A DNA stretch of 58,322 bases. It comes from Candidatus Kuenenia stuttgartensis. GTDB taxonomy: Bacteria > Planctomycetota > Planctomycetia > Pirellulales > UBA1268. Within the stretch, counting starts at the first letter, position 1. Each line of letters begins with the position of its first letter. Shown here piece by piece: positions 39,594 to 49,139 of the stretch. The stretch is from positions 1 to 58,322 of the forward strand of contig CAMCQY010000006.1 of assembly GCA_945877135.1 (NCBI GenBank), read 5' to 3'. Below the pieces are notes generated by a model. The model made no database searches. It was not told the DNA's origin and worked only from the letters and a program-made list of their open reading frames with translations. The translations under genes and the position numbers were made by a program.

Positions 39594-40829
39594 TCAGCGT
39601 GGCGCGGCACCGCCGATGTCAGGGGGCATGTCGTCCCCGCCGATCGGACTCGCCGTGTTGATCGAGCCATTGGGGCTCATTGGGACATCCCGGTTGATGA
39701 TCGCGAGATTGTCGCGGTGCACCACTTCCTCATAGGGGAAGGAGCCCAGCACGGCGGCGATCTGCTCCGTCTTGAGGCCGGCGATCCGGCGCAGTTCATC
39801 GAGTGAGTAGTTGACGAGCCCACGGGCGAAAACCCGGCCGTCGGAAGTGGCCAGAGAGACGACGTCGCCGGTCGCGAAGGAGCCCTCGATTGCGGTGATG
39901 CCCGCCGCGAGCAGACTGCGGCCCCGGTCCACGACCGCCTCTCGCGCCCCGGCATCGACGATCACCTTGCCGCGGGCGTCGGCCGACCAGCCCAGCCACC
40001 GCTTCCAGGCTGGCATGGTCGTTTCCCTGCCTACGAAAAGCGTACCCGAGCTTTCGCCGCGGCAGATCTGCTCGAGCACATGGTCGTCGCGGCCAGAGGC
40101 GATGATGCAGTGGCCTCCCGCCTCGGTGACGATCCCAGCGGCCGCTATCTTGCTCGCCATGCCCCCCTTGGAGAGGCCTCCCAGTCGGTCGCGGGCCAGG
40201 GCGGCCACCGATGCGTCGATTCGAGGCACGGTGACGAGCCGGGTGGCGGATGGGTCGGACGGGTGGCGGTCGAAGAGCCCCTCGACGTCGGAGAGGAGCA
40301 CGAGCAGGGGCGCGCCGAGCAGCGTGGCCACAAGCGCCGCGAGGCGATCGTTGTCGCCGAAGGAGGTTCGCAATTCCTCCACGCTTACGGTGTCGTTTTC
40401 GTTGATGATCGGGATCGCTCCGTAGTCGAGCAGGGCGCGGAGCGTGTTGCGGATGTTGAGGTAGCGGGCCCGGTCCTTGAGATCGTCCGCCACCAGCAGC
40501 ACCTGCGCGGCGTGGCGGCCCTGGGCCCGCAACACACGCTCGTAGGCCTCGATAAGACAGCTCTGGCCAATCGCTGCCACGGCCTGCAGGTGGGCCAGTT
40601 CCTGAGGCCGCTTGGTCAGCCCCATCCGCCCCATGCCTGCCCCCACGGCGCCCGAGCTGACGAGCACGACCTGTCGCCCCTGGGCCAGGATGGAGTCGAA
40701 CTGCCGGCCGAGCGTCTCGATCCGCGCGCTGTCCAGCAGGCCGTCGGGGCCGGTAAGCACGCGGGTACCGACCTTGACGACGATCAGGTTGGCGGAAGCG
40801 GCGAGGTCCGTACGAAGCGGGTCAGTCAT
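39594..40829 (-). CDS. proB: Glutamate 5-kinase with PUA domain
   Basis: VVKVGT, VSSGAV, INENDTV, FGDNDRL, GGMASK and VVHRDNL; start trimmed to MTDP. Confidence 0.95.
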   Translation of the reverse strand: MTDPLRTDLAASANLIVVKVGTRVLTGPDGLLDSARIETLGRQFDSILAQGRQVVLVSSGAVGAGMGRMGLTKRPQELAHLQAVAAIGQSCLIEAYERVLRAQGRHAAQVLLVADDLKDRARYLNIRNTLRALLDYGAIPIINENDTVSVEELRTSFGDNDRLAALVATLLGAPLLVLLSDVEGLFDRHPSDPSATRLVTVPRIDASVAALARDRLGGLSKGGMASKIAAAGIVTEAGGHCIIASGRDDHVLEQICRGESSGTLFVGRETTMPAWKRWLGWSADARGKVIVDAGAREAVVDRGRSLLAAGITAIEGSFATGDVVSLATSDGRVFARGLVNYSLDELRRIAGLKTEQIAAVLGSFPYEEVVHRDNLAIINRDVPMSPNGSINTASPIGGDDMPPDIGGAAPR

Positions 40830-41105
40830 GGGCCAGTGGTGGGGTGGCAAATCGGATGTTTCCCTGGATACGCATCGTACCGTTGGCGGGGGAGGGGAGG
40901 CCACAGAGACGGACTGCTGCGGCCGAGACGGCTTCGAAAACTGCTGCGGGCTGCAAATCACCGCACGTGCGAGCCACTGGTTGAGGCGGCCGGGCCCGAG
41001 GGCGTATAGTGCGGTCGTGCCGGGCTAGGACAGGACTCAGACAGGACTAGGACTACGGCCAGCCCTCCGCCGGGCATCTGCGGAACACCTTTCGGGGCCG
41101 TGCGC

Positions 41106-42704
41106 TTGAGCGAACTGCACCACGAGTGCGGGTTGGTAGCCATCTACCACCTGCCGTGCCGCGATGGGGCCGATCCGAGCCACCTCTGCCCCGCTCAGGG
41201 GCCGGAGGAGGTGTCGCGTCTTGTGCCCCGGATGCTCCTCGACATCCAAAACCGCGGGCAGCTCTCCGCTGGAATGACCGTCTGGAACCCCGAACGCAGC
41301 CAACTCCTTGCCACCATCAAGGACGTCGGCAGCGTGAGCGAGGTGTTTCGCCTCAGCCACCGTGGCAAGTACGAGGCTCTGATGGCGCAGCACACCGGCC
41401 GGGCCGCCATCGGCCACGTCCGCTACGCCACCTGCGGCGCCGAGGATCGCGGCTATGCCCAGCCGCTGGAGCGTCCGCACATTCAGAAGCGGAAATGGTT
41501 TTCCTTCGGGTTCAACGGGCAGCTGGCCAATTACATGGAGCTGCGGGCCGAAATCCTCGCCAACGACGAGAACCATCTGGCCCGCGACAACGACACCGAA
41601 GTGATCATGCACGCCATCGGCAACGAACTGTCTGGCGCCGCCGATCCAGATCCTATCGAACTGCTCGCGACGATCTCGAAGCGATTCGACGGGGCCTGGA
41701 ACATCGCCATGCTCGACGCCTGCGGCCGAATGATCGTGGCCCGCGATCCGCTCGGCATCCGGCCGATGGAATACGCCCAGCTCGGCCCCCTCGTCGCCGC
41801 TGCCAGCGAGAGCGTCGCCCTGCTCAACCTGGGCTTTCCGGCTGAGTCGATCCGCTCGCTCGAGCCAGGGACGGCGCTCATCGTCGATGGGGAGACCGTG
41901 CGTGTCGAACGGTTCGCCGAGAGCCCGAAGCAGGCCCATTGCTTCTTCGAGTGGGTCTACTTCGCCAACGTCGCGAGCACGATGGACGATCGCAGTGTGT
42001 ATCTGTCGCGGAAGCAGCTCGGCGAAGAGCTTGCCCGTCTGGAGACGATCCCGATCGACGCCGACACCGTGGTCGTGCCCGTGCCCGACACGAGCAAGGC
42101 GGCTGCCGACGCCATGGCCTACCGGCTCTCGATCCCCTCAGTGGAAGGGCTGATCCGCAATCGCTACACGGGCCGCACGTTCATCGATGGCGCCTCGAGC
42201 CGTCGGCAGAAGGCTGAATCGAAATACACGCCGCTCCGTGAGGTGCTGGAGGGCAAGCGGGTGATCCTCGTCGAGGATTCGATCGTGCGCAGCACGACGA
42301 TGAAGGTGCTCTTGGGCCGGATGCGGTCGCTGGGTCTGGCTCGCGAGATTCACGTGCGGATCGCCTGCCCGCCGATCGTCGCACCCTGCTTCTATGGCAT
42401 CGACATGTCCACGATCGACGAACTGTTCGCCCCGCAGTTTCTCCGGGATGGCGTGCTCACCGAAGAGGCCCAGGCAGAGATGGCCGCACGGCTGGGGGCC
42501 GACTCGCTCCGGTATCTGCCGGTGGAGTCAGTGGCGAGATCGATCGGATTCGAGCCGTCGCAGCTGTGCCAGGCCTGCCTGACGGGCAAGTATCCCACGC
42601 CCGCTGGCGAGCGTCTCTACGAGATCGCCCTCACGCACACTGGCGGGAGGGGCTCGGATCGCGGCGGCTCCGGCCGCACCTACGAGTCTGCCTCAGCCCG
42701 GTAG
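41106..42704 (+). CDS. purF: Amidophosphoribosyltransferase
   Basis: TTG start giving (M)SELHHECG; [30 protein letters not shown] and CFYGIDM. Confidence 0.95.
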   Translation: MSELHHECGLVAIYHLPCRDGADPSHLCPAQGPEEVSRLVPRMLLDIQNRGQLSAGMTVWNPERSQLLATIKDVGSVSEVFRLSHRGKYEALMAQHTGRAAIGHVRYATCGAEDRGYAQPLERPHIQKRKWFSFGFNGQLANYMELRAEILANDENHLARDNDTEVIMHAIGNELSGAADPDPIELLATISKRFDGAWNIAMLDACGRMIVARDPLGIRPMEYAQLGPLVAAASESVALLNLGFPAESIRSLEPGTALIVDGETVRVERFAESPKQAHCFFEWVYFANVASTMDDRSVYLSRKQLGEELARLETIPIDADTVVVPVPDTSKAAADAMAYRLSIPSVEGLIRNRYTGRTFIDGASSRRQKAESKYTPLREVLEGKRVILVEDSIVRSTTMKVLLGRMRSLGLAREIHVRIACPPIVAPCFYGIDMSTIDELFAPQFLRDGVLTEEAQAEMAARLGADSLRYLPVESVARSIGFEPSQLCQACLTGKYPTPAGERLYEIALTHTGGRGSDRGGSGRTYESASAR

Positions 42705-43379
42705 CGTTACCTCGGTGCGGCTGCAGGTGGCTGGGGCGGTGGACCGCTCCAGCAGGGCCCGCCAGACCGGGGCTCCTGCCAGACGCGTCCGCCGCTCGAA
42801 GTGCGTGCGGTAGTCGAGATCGTGCTCCGCCGGGCGGACCTCCACGTCGCTGGCCGCGGAGAAAAGCCCCGTGCCCTGCGCTGCGGCGAGTGCCTCGTGG
42901 AAATACTCCTCCACGTCGGTCCAGATGTGCAGCTTTCCGCCGGTGATGAGCACGCGGCCGGCATGGACGAGAAAAGCGTCAGACAGCACCCGTCGCTTGC
43001 GATGGCGGGCCTTCCACCACGGATCGGGGAAATAGACATGGATGGCTGCCAGGCTGGCGTCGGGCAGCAGGCTGCGGGCGAGGTAGGTCGCATCGCCGTG
43101 GATGATTCGGCCGTTGCTGGCCTGCTGGGCGGCGAGTTTCGAGGCGCAGAGCCGGGCATAGCCGCCGCTGATTTCAACGCCCAAGAAATTCAGGTCGGGC
43201 CGTGCGGCGGAGGCTGTCGCGAGAAAGAGTCCCTTGCCACTCCCCACTTCCATCTCGATGGCCGCTTGGTGCGGAAACAGGCTGTTGGGATCGAGCGGCG
43301 CGGGCAGTGCGGCCAATTCCAACAGGTGACCGGAAAGGTCGAGCGACGGATCGGGCTTGCGAGGTGGACGGCGGGGCAT
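42693..43379 (-). CDS. trmB: tRNA (guanine-N7)-methyltransferase
   Basis: [21 protein letters not shown] and THFE. Confidence 0.93.
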   Translation of the reverse strand: MPRRPPRKPDPSLDLSGHLLELAALPAPLDPNSLFPHQAAIEMEVGSGKGLFLATASAARPDLNFLGVEISGGYARLCASKLAAQQASNGRIIHGDATYLARSLLPDASLAAIHVYFPDPWWKARHRKRRVLSDAFLVHAGRVLITGGKLHIWTDVEEYFHEALAAAQGTGLFSAASDVEVRPAEHDLDYRTHFERRTRLAGAPVWRALLERSTAPATCSRTEVTLPG

Positions 43380-43434
43380 GGGAGCGTGCAATGGCCGGGG
43401 GACCAAAAGTGAGGGCCGGGAGTCATGGCCAGAG

Positions 43435-43959
43435 TCATTCGGCCGGGGTGCCCGTGGCGCTGGCGAGTGCATCGACCGGCAAGGGCACGCCCTTGATCAT
43501 GCCATCGACGACGATTCGATCACGGACAAGTCCTTGGAAGCGGCAGACGATCATCGCCCGAGGCCGCACACGAACCCGCTCCACCGCGATCACCAGCCGG
43601 TCGCCGGGCACCACCGGTTCGCGGAATCGCACCTCCTCCAGACCACCGAAGCCGATCACTTTTGCGTCGAGCAGGTTGTACCGATGGGTGTAGTAGCTGG
43701 AGAGTTGGGCGGCAGCTTCGCACATCATGACGCCGGGCATCAGCGGCATCACGGGGAAATGGCCGCGCACCCAGAACTCGTCGCGGGTGATGTCCTTGTA
43801 GCCCACGCACAGACCACGAGACTGATCCTCGTGCACGATCGCCGTCAACTGCTCCATCTCGAACCGCTGCATATTCCAGCGGCGAATCTCGTGGATGTCG
43901 GCGATAACGTGATCGAGGTCGTATTCGCTCGGATGGATGATGTAGTCGCGCGGGGCCAC
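43435..43959 (-). CDS. fabZ: Beta-hydroxyacyl-ACP dehydratase (FabA/FabZ family)
   Basis: GHFPVMPLMPGVMMCEAAAQ and VRFREPVVPGD. Confidence 0.85.
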   Translation of the reverse strand: MAPRDYIIHPSEYDLDHVIADIHEIRRWNMQRFEMEQLTAIVHEDQSRGLCVGYKDITRDEFWVRGHFPVMPLMPGVMMCEAAAQLSSYYTHRYNLLDAKVIGFGGLEEVRFREPVVPGDRLVIAVERVRVRPRAMIVCRFQGLVRDRIVVDGMIKGVPLPVDALASATGTPAE

Positions 43960-43981
43960 TGCGTTCGCCCTCCGATCCGTC

Positions 43982-44080
43982 TCAGGTACGAATGTGCTTC
44001 CGCTTGGCCTTGCGGGCCTTGCTGTTGGCGGGCCGGGAGCCGTGGTTGGCTTTTTTGAGGGTGCGATGCGGCTTGGCCAT
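43982..44080 (-). CDS. Small basic protein, bL37-like ribosomal protein (32 aa)
   Basis: GGAG RBS; MAKPHRTLKKANHGSRPANSKARKAKRKHIRT shares KANHGxRP with mycobacterial bL37. Confidence 0.75.
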   Translation of the reverse strand: MAKPHRTLKKANHGSRPANSKARKAKRKHIRT

Positions 44081-44193
44081 TGGAAACTCCAAAATCAGGG
44101 CGGTCGGGAATGGGTCACTCAGGAGGCGAAGCGGGGAGTTGTACCATGCCATCGGACGCGGTTCCATCCTGATGCGCAGCCGTCGAAACAGGC

Positions 44194-44721
44194 TCATGCC
44201 CGCCGCTGCGAGGGGGACGTGGTACCGTCCGGTGGCCGAGTTGCCGCACGCTCCGCGGCCAGCGATTCCCGGAGACTGGCGCGGACGATTTCCACGAAGC
44301 TTGCTCCCAGGAATCCCAGGAGGCCTCCCACAACGGCCGACGATCCGCCCCCCAGCACGGCCCCCGCCGGCGAACTGGCGGTGAGCCAGAGGAGCGACAG
44401 CGTGCCCGCGGTGCCGCCGCAGGCCGCGCCGATTCCAGCCGAGATTGGCACCAGTCGCCCGAGGCTGGAGCGGCGTTCGAGGTGTGTGGGGCCGGAGGCT
44501 GGGAGGGGAGCGGCTGCGGGCAGGGAGGTATTACGACGCAGGGCAAGATCGTGGTCGGTCGCCTCGCGGAGCCGCGTGCCGATGGCGTTGCCCGCCACGT
44601 GCATGGCCACGCTGGCCAACAGCACTGCCGCGGCCATCCAGCCGGCGAGACCGAGCCAGCCGATCGCCGCGCAGGCGATTGCCAGCACGACCGCCAGCCA
44701 GGAATAGGTGACCAAACGCAT
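44194..44721 (-). CDS. Hypothetical membrane protein (about 4 TM helices)
   Basis: Hydrophobic helix pairs separated by a polar loop; AGGAG upstream of the start. Confidence 0.7.
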   Translation of the reverse strand: MRLVTYSWLAVVLAIACAAIGWLGLAGWMAAAVLLASVAMHVAGNAIGTRLREATDHDLALRRNTSLPAAAPLPASGPTHLERRSSLGRLVPISAGIGAACGGTAGTLSLLWLTASSPAGAVLGGGSSAVVGGLLGFLGASFVEIVRASLRESLAAERAATRPPDGTTSPSQRRA

Positions 44722-44811
44722 GGAACTCGCTCCTGCCGGTAGTTTAGACCCGATCAGCTGAGAAGCGTAGCGGGGCGGTCGACAGTGCTGCCGGGAAGAT
44801 GTCGCGATGCC

Positions 44812-44930
44812 GGGCGGGCTCCCCGAACACGCTTCGCTCGCTCGACGGCTCGGCGACTGCGTCGGGGGGGATGGTACGCGTTATCCGGCGGGGCGCCTGA
44901 TGCTCGCTTCGGTGTTCGGGGAGGCCGCCC
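44812..44930. repeat. Long intergenic foldback element
   Basis: Terminal inverted arms GGGCGGGCTCCCCGAACAC and GTGTTCGGGGAGGCCGCCC. Confidence 0.6.
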
Positions 44931-44944
44931 TGCGCCTGCTGGTT

Positions 44945-45189
44945 TCATCCAAGCCCGCAGCGCAAGCAAGGGAAAGTGGGTGGCCATTCAGGCTGGGACG
45001 CGGATTCCTCTCGCTTGCGCTTCGGGCTTGCATGGGAATGGCGCGTTCAACCAAGCCCGCAGCGCAAGCAAGGGAAAGTTGGTGGCCATTCAGGCTGGGA
45101 CGCGGATTCCTCTCGCTTGCGCTTCGGGCTTGCATGGGAATGGCGTGTTCAACCAAGCCCGCGGCGCACGCAAGGGAAAACGGGTGGCC
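44945..45189. repeat. BIME-like array: about 2.4 x 102-bp units of inverted REP-like palindromes (family B)
   Basis: CCAAGCCCGCAGCGCAAGCAAGGG-type units start at 44949, 45051 and 45153, alternating with CCTCTCGCTTGCGCTTCGGGCTTG. Confidence 0.85.
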
Positions 45190-46812
45190 TTAAAACTCCG
45201 ACTCGACCGCCTCTTGCCGGTAGATCGGCAGCAGGCGGTAGTAGACCTCGAGCGTGAGGATCGCCAGGGCTGTGTGGGCGAGCCGACCGCCCGGGGCCGT
45301 GTCGCGGTCGTCGAAGGACCAGCTACCGGCCTCGTGGGCGACCCGCGTCTGCTGCGCCACGAGCTGGTCGCGGTTCTTCATGTTCCACCGTGGCCAGACC
45401 GGGTGGTCGGACTGCACGAGGGCCTGCGCGAGATAGAAGTTCTGGTAGATGGCGTGGGGGGCGGGGCCTGGCTTGGCGAGTGTGGTGAGGCCGCGGTTGA
45501 GGGCCTCCTGTTCCGGCCCCCAGCCGGTATACATCCGGCAGAGCAGGCCGATCGCCGACGTGCAGGGCTTGGCAGATGGACTGCGGTAGCCGTAGGCCGC
45601 ACCATTCAGAGTCTGCACGCGGTCGAGAAACCGTCGCACGCCGTCGATCGTCGGCGAGGGAGCCTCGAGTCCGGCGAGCTGCGCGCTTTTCAGCGCGGTG
45701 AGCTGCCAGGCGGTGACGGTGGTGTCGCCGGCCTGGCCAGGCAGGTAGCGCCAGCCGCCGCTGTGCATGTCTTGGGCGGTCTCAATGAACCGAACGGCGT
45801 CTCGCACAGGGGGCACGAGCATGTCGTCTTTCGTCATGCCGAGCGCTTCGGCCAGGGCCAGCGTCGTCACGCCATGGCCATACATGTTGCCCTCGCAGAA
45901 ATCGCCGCCGCGGGGCGTGCGCTGCATCCGGCTGAGCAGGTAGTAGATGCCGCGGGAGACCGTCTCCTGATATGGGCCGTCGACATGCGTGTGGCCGGCG
46001 CCGAGGAAGGGCAACAGCGCGATGGCGGTGCTGGCGGTGGAACTGGTGAGCGAGCCTGGATCGCGGCAGGCGCCGTTGCAGCGGCAGCCGCTCAAGTCAA
46101 ACTGCCAGGAGCCATCGACGGCCTGGTGCAGCGCCAGCCACTCGAGCCCCCGCTCGACGGCCGCCTCGCTGGCCGCATTCCCGCCACGGCCGCGGACCGA
46201 GGCGGCGCGGCCGGTGCCGGTTCGCGATGCAAAGGGTTTGCCATCAGGCGGGCCCCCGCCGATCGCGGCACGGGCGCCGGTTCGGCCTGCCGCCGCAGGA
46301 CGGGTTGGGCCGCCGCGGGCGGAGACCGGCTGCGCGATCGGACCTCCTGCCAGAAGCTGGGCGAACGCCTGATCGGGCGGGGGGCCCTCTGTCGCGGACT
46401 CTTCGGGCAGCGGATCAACGGCCGGCGGCGGCTCGATCGCAGCCATTGCCACGAGGGGTGGTTCGTCCACCAGCGGTGGTTCAGCGACAGCGGCCGATGC
46501 GCTGGCTTGTGCCATTGCTTCGCTGCCGGCAGCCGCGTCGGGCGCACCGATATCCACAACAGCCGCTGAGTCGCCCTCGGCATCGTCCGCGGTCTGCTGA
46601 CTGATGGAAAACACCAGCGGTCGGAGCCTGGCCCGCGGCTTTTTCTCATGAGCAAAAATGGCCAGCAGAATGCAGAGCAGCAAATGCCCGGCCAGGCTCA
46701 GGTAGCCTGACCGCACGACCGGGCTCCGCACCAGGCGATCAACCCATGGAGTGGCCCCCGGCTCTGGCGGCGCCGCCGGCGTCAATTCCATCGAGAACGA
46801 GTCGGGTTGCAT
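45190..46812 (-). CDS. Membrane-anchored prenyltransferase/squalene-oxidase-repeat (alpha/alpha barrel) protein
   Basis: Single TM, linker, WLALHQAVDGSW, GGWRY, GDTTVTAWQ and LTLEVYYR. Confidence 0.85.
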   Translation of the reverse strand: MQPDSFSMELTPAAPPEPGATPWVDRLVRSPVVRSGYLSLAGHLLLCILLAIFAHEKKPRARLRPLVFSISQQTADDAEGDSAAVVDIGAPDAAAGSEAMAQASASAAVAEPPLVDEPPLVAMAAIEPPPAVDPLPEESATEGPPPDQAFAQLLAGGPIAQPVSARGGPTRPAAAGRTGARAAIGGGPPDGKPFASRTGTGRAASVRGRGGNAASEAAVERGLEWLALHQAVDGSWQFDLSGCRCNGACRDPGSLTSSTASTAIALLPFLGAGHTHVDGPYQETVSRGIYYLLSRMQRTPRGGDFCEGNMYGHGVTTLALAEALGMTKDDMLVPPVRDAVRFIETAQDMHSGGWRYLPGQAGDTTVTAWQLTALKSAQLAGLEAPSPTIDGVRRFLDRVQTLNGAAYGYRSPSAKPCTSAIGLLCRMYTGWGPEQEALNRGLTTLAKPGPAPHAIYQNFYLAQALVQSDHPVWPRWNMKNRDQLVAQQTRVAHEAGSWSFDDRDTAPGGRLAHTALAILTLEVYYRLLPIYRQEAVESEF

Positions 46813-46963
46813 CGAGACGACCTCGTGGCTGACTTTTCCGATTGGGGAAAGCCTACCCTCGCGACCGCGGCCCTGCGTCCGCGCAGACGGCGATCCCATC
46901 AGGTCCACGTGGGTTGTATCGACCCCTGGCGGCTGGCGGCTGAAGACCCGCTACGACACAGCC

Positions 46964-48649
46964 CTACTCTTTGAAGTCCTCGTCCATGCTCTCCTTGCCG
47001 TAGATCGGCAGGTGGCGGTAGTAGACCTCGAGGATCATCGTGGCCAGCGACGTGCAGTAGAGCCGCCCGGCGGCGTGCGCACCGTGGCCGCCATCCACGC
47101 CGTCATGCCAGCTGCCCGTTTCGTGCCCCTTCTTCGACTGGGTGGTCACGAGCATCTCCCGCATACGATTGTTCCAACCCACCCAGCGATCGCCCTCGAG
47201 GTGGTGGAGAATCTGCGTGGCGTAGTAGTCGAAATAGAGATCCTTACTCGGTCCTATCTTGGCCAGCCGGTCAACCCCGCGTTGGAGCGCCGGGTTATCC
47301 TTCTTCCAGCCGAGATACATCCTGCAGAGCAGGCCGACGGCGGAGGTGCCGGCGCCGTTGCCAGGATCGGTATAGCCGTAGGTGGCGCCATCATCGGCTT
47401 GGACGTCGTTGAGAAACTCGACCGCCTTCTTGATCGTCAGCGGCGAGACCTGGAGGAACGCCATGTGGCCACTCTTGAGCGCCATCAACTGCCAGCCCAC
47501 GGCCGACGTATCGCCCGCCTGCTTGGGAGCGTACCGCCAGCCGCCACCGGCGGGATCCTGCGCCGCCATGATGAAGTTGAGGGCCGCCTGCGCGGGCATT
47601 TGCAGCCGGCGGTCCTGCGTCATGGCATAGCTCTCGGAGAGCACGATGCCGGCCAGCCCCTGCGAATACATATTGCCTCCGCCGAGCCCATAGGCCTTGC
47701 CCTGTCCCTTTACGGTCATGGCCGCGAGGAATCCGATGCCCGCCTCAAGCTGCTTCCTGTAGGGGCCTTCTTTATGCGTGTAGCCGCGGCCGAGGAAGGG
47801 GAGAAGCGCCATCGATGTGGCACCGCAGCGATCGAGCCCAGGTCCCTTGTCCACACCATGCGAGCACTGACCGTTGCAGCTTGGGCAGGCGTTGAGGCTG
47901 AACGACCAGCCCCCGTCTGGCATCTGGTGTTGAATGATCCATTTGAGGGCCAACTCCACGGCGGCCTCGCTCTGCTTGCTGCCGCCACCGGTCTGGATGA
48001 GTTGTTCCCGCATCTTCGTGTCGGTGCGGCCACCGAGTCCGCCAGCCGCCTTTCCGCCCACGGCGCCGACGCTGGACAGCAGGTCGCTCGCGGCGACTGT
48101 CTCGGAGCCGAAGTCTGTCAACTCAACCGAGATCGCCGCGGCGTCGAGATCGTCGGCTGTCGAGACGACCTGCACCGTCTCGACGTTGGCCGATTCAGGC
48201 AGCGCAACGGCATCGGTCATGTCCTGCTGCGGGCCTGGATCCTCTTGGGGAAGCTCCTCCTCGAACTCCTCGAAGGTTTCCTCGACCTCCGGCGCGCTGG
48301 CGGTGATCATCCGCGGAGCTTCCGGCTTGGGCACCTCGTTGACGACAAGCGCCATCGAAAGCAGCACGATGACGTGCACCAGCATGCTGACTGCCCAGGC
48401 TGGCGCCATCGAGAAAAGCCCCGACACAGACGACCTCCGCGGAGCCGCGATCTCAGCCACGGCCGCAGCAGGCGGCGCGGCGGGGCGAGCGGCCGCGGTG
48501 GGAGCAGCCGGCTTGGGAATCACCGGCGCGGGCTTGGCACCGCTGGCTGCCGCTGGCTTGGCCGCAGCCGACGGGGGAGCTTTCGCAGGAGGCTGTCCCT
48601 GCGACGGATTGCCAGGATTCGGGGGGGGATCGCTGTCCATGGCTGTCAT
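46964..48649 (-). CDS. Membrane-anchored prenyltransferase/squalene-oxidase-repeat protein (tandem paralogue)
   Basis: Single TM, acidic linker, WIIQHQMPDGGW, GGWRY, GDTSAVGWQ and MILEVYYRHLPIY. Confidence 0.87.
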   Translation of the reverse strand: MTAMDSDPPPNPGNPSQGQPPAKAPPSAAAKPAAASGAKPAPVIPKPAAPTAAARPAAPPAAAVAEIAAPRRSSVSGLFSMAPAWAVSMLVHVIVLLSMALVVNEVPKPEAPRMITASAPEVEETFEEFEEELPQEDPGPQQDMTDAVALPESANVETVQVVSTADDLDAAAISVELTDFGSETVAASDLLSSVGAVGGKAAGGLGGRTDTKMREQLIQTGGGSKQSEAAVELALKWIIQHQMPDGGWSFSLNACPSCNGQCSHGVDKGPGLDRCGATSMALLPFLGRGYTHKEGPYRKQLEAGIGFLAAMTVKGQGKAYGLGGGNMYSQGLAGIVLSESYAMTQDRRLQMPAQAALNFIMAAQDPAGGGWRYAPKQAGDTSAVGWQLMALKSGHMAFLQVSPLTIKKAVEFLNDVQADDGATYGYTDPGNGAGTSAVGLLCRMYLGWKKDNPALQRGVDRLAKIGPSKDLYFDYYATQILHHLEGDRWVGWNNRMREMLVTTQSKKGHETGSWHDGVDGGHGAHAAGRLYCTSLATMILEVYYRHLPIYGKESMDEDFKE

Positions 48650-48935
48650 ACATTTTGATCGCGGGAAATCGGCCGTCGCCCCGTGCGACCCCGTGCAAGC
48701 ACCGCTCCATCATACTACCGTGTCGAATAATGGGGTCGCAAACGCCAGGTGGACTGGATCGTGGCTTGGATCGTGGACCGAATACAAGACGGCCGATCTG
48801 GAGGCCGCCGGGAAGCGGGCAGGATTCGGAAAACGCCCGGATCAGGCCCGTCTCCAGCGTCCGGCTGGCGGCGCGGCCGGTCGAGGAGTACGATCCGCAG
48901 TCCCACGTCCCAGGAATTTCGCAAGGATTAGGTCT

Positions 48936-49100
48936 ATGGCCAAGGGTAAAAAAAGACTCGAAGTGATCCATCTCGTCTGTGCGGAGACGGGCGACCAGAA
49001 CTACACCCTGCGACGCAAGTCGGGCGGGGAGAAGCTCAAGGTGAAGAAGTATTCACCGCGGCTTCGGAAGCACACGCTCCACAACGAAAAGAAGAAGTAG
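48936..49100 (+). CDS. rpmG: 50S ribosomal protein L33
   Basis: MAKGKKRLEVIHLVCAETGDQNYTLRRKSGGEKLKVKKYSPRLRKHTLHNEKKK. Confidence 0.93.
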   Translation: MAKGKKRLEVIHLVCAETGDQNYTLRRKSGGEKLKVKKYSPRLRKHTLHNEKKK

Positions 49101-49139
49101 GAACGGGCCGCGGTCACCCGCACGAGTCATCTGCAGGGT

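Noticed and set aside
44945-45189. Possible CRISPR array
   Set aside because: The linkers are identical rather than unique spacers, repeats alternate in orientation, and there are no cas genes.
45190-48649. Squalene-hopene cyclase / terpene biosynthetic cluster
   Set aside because: Single barrel domain, no DxDD motif and no hpn genes nearby.
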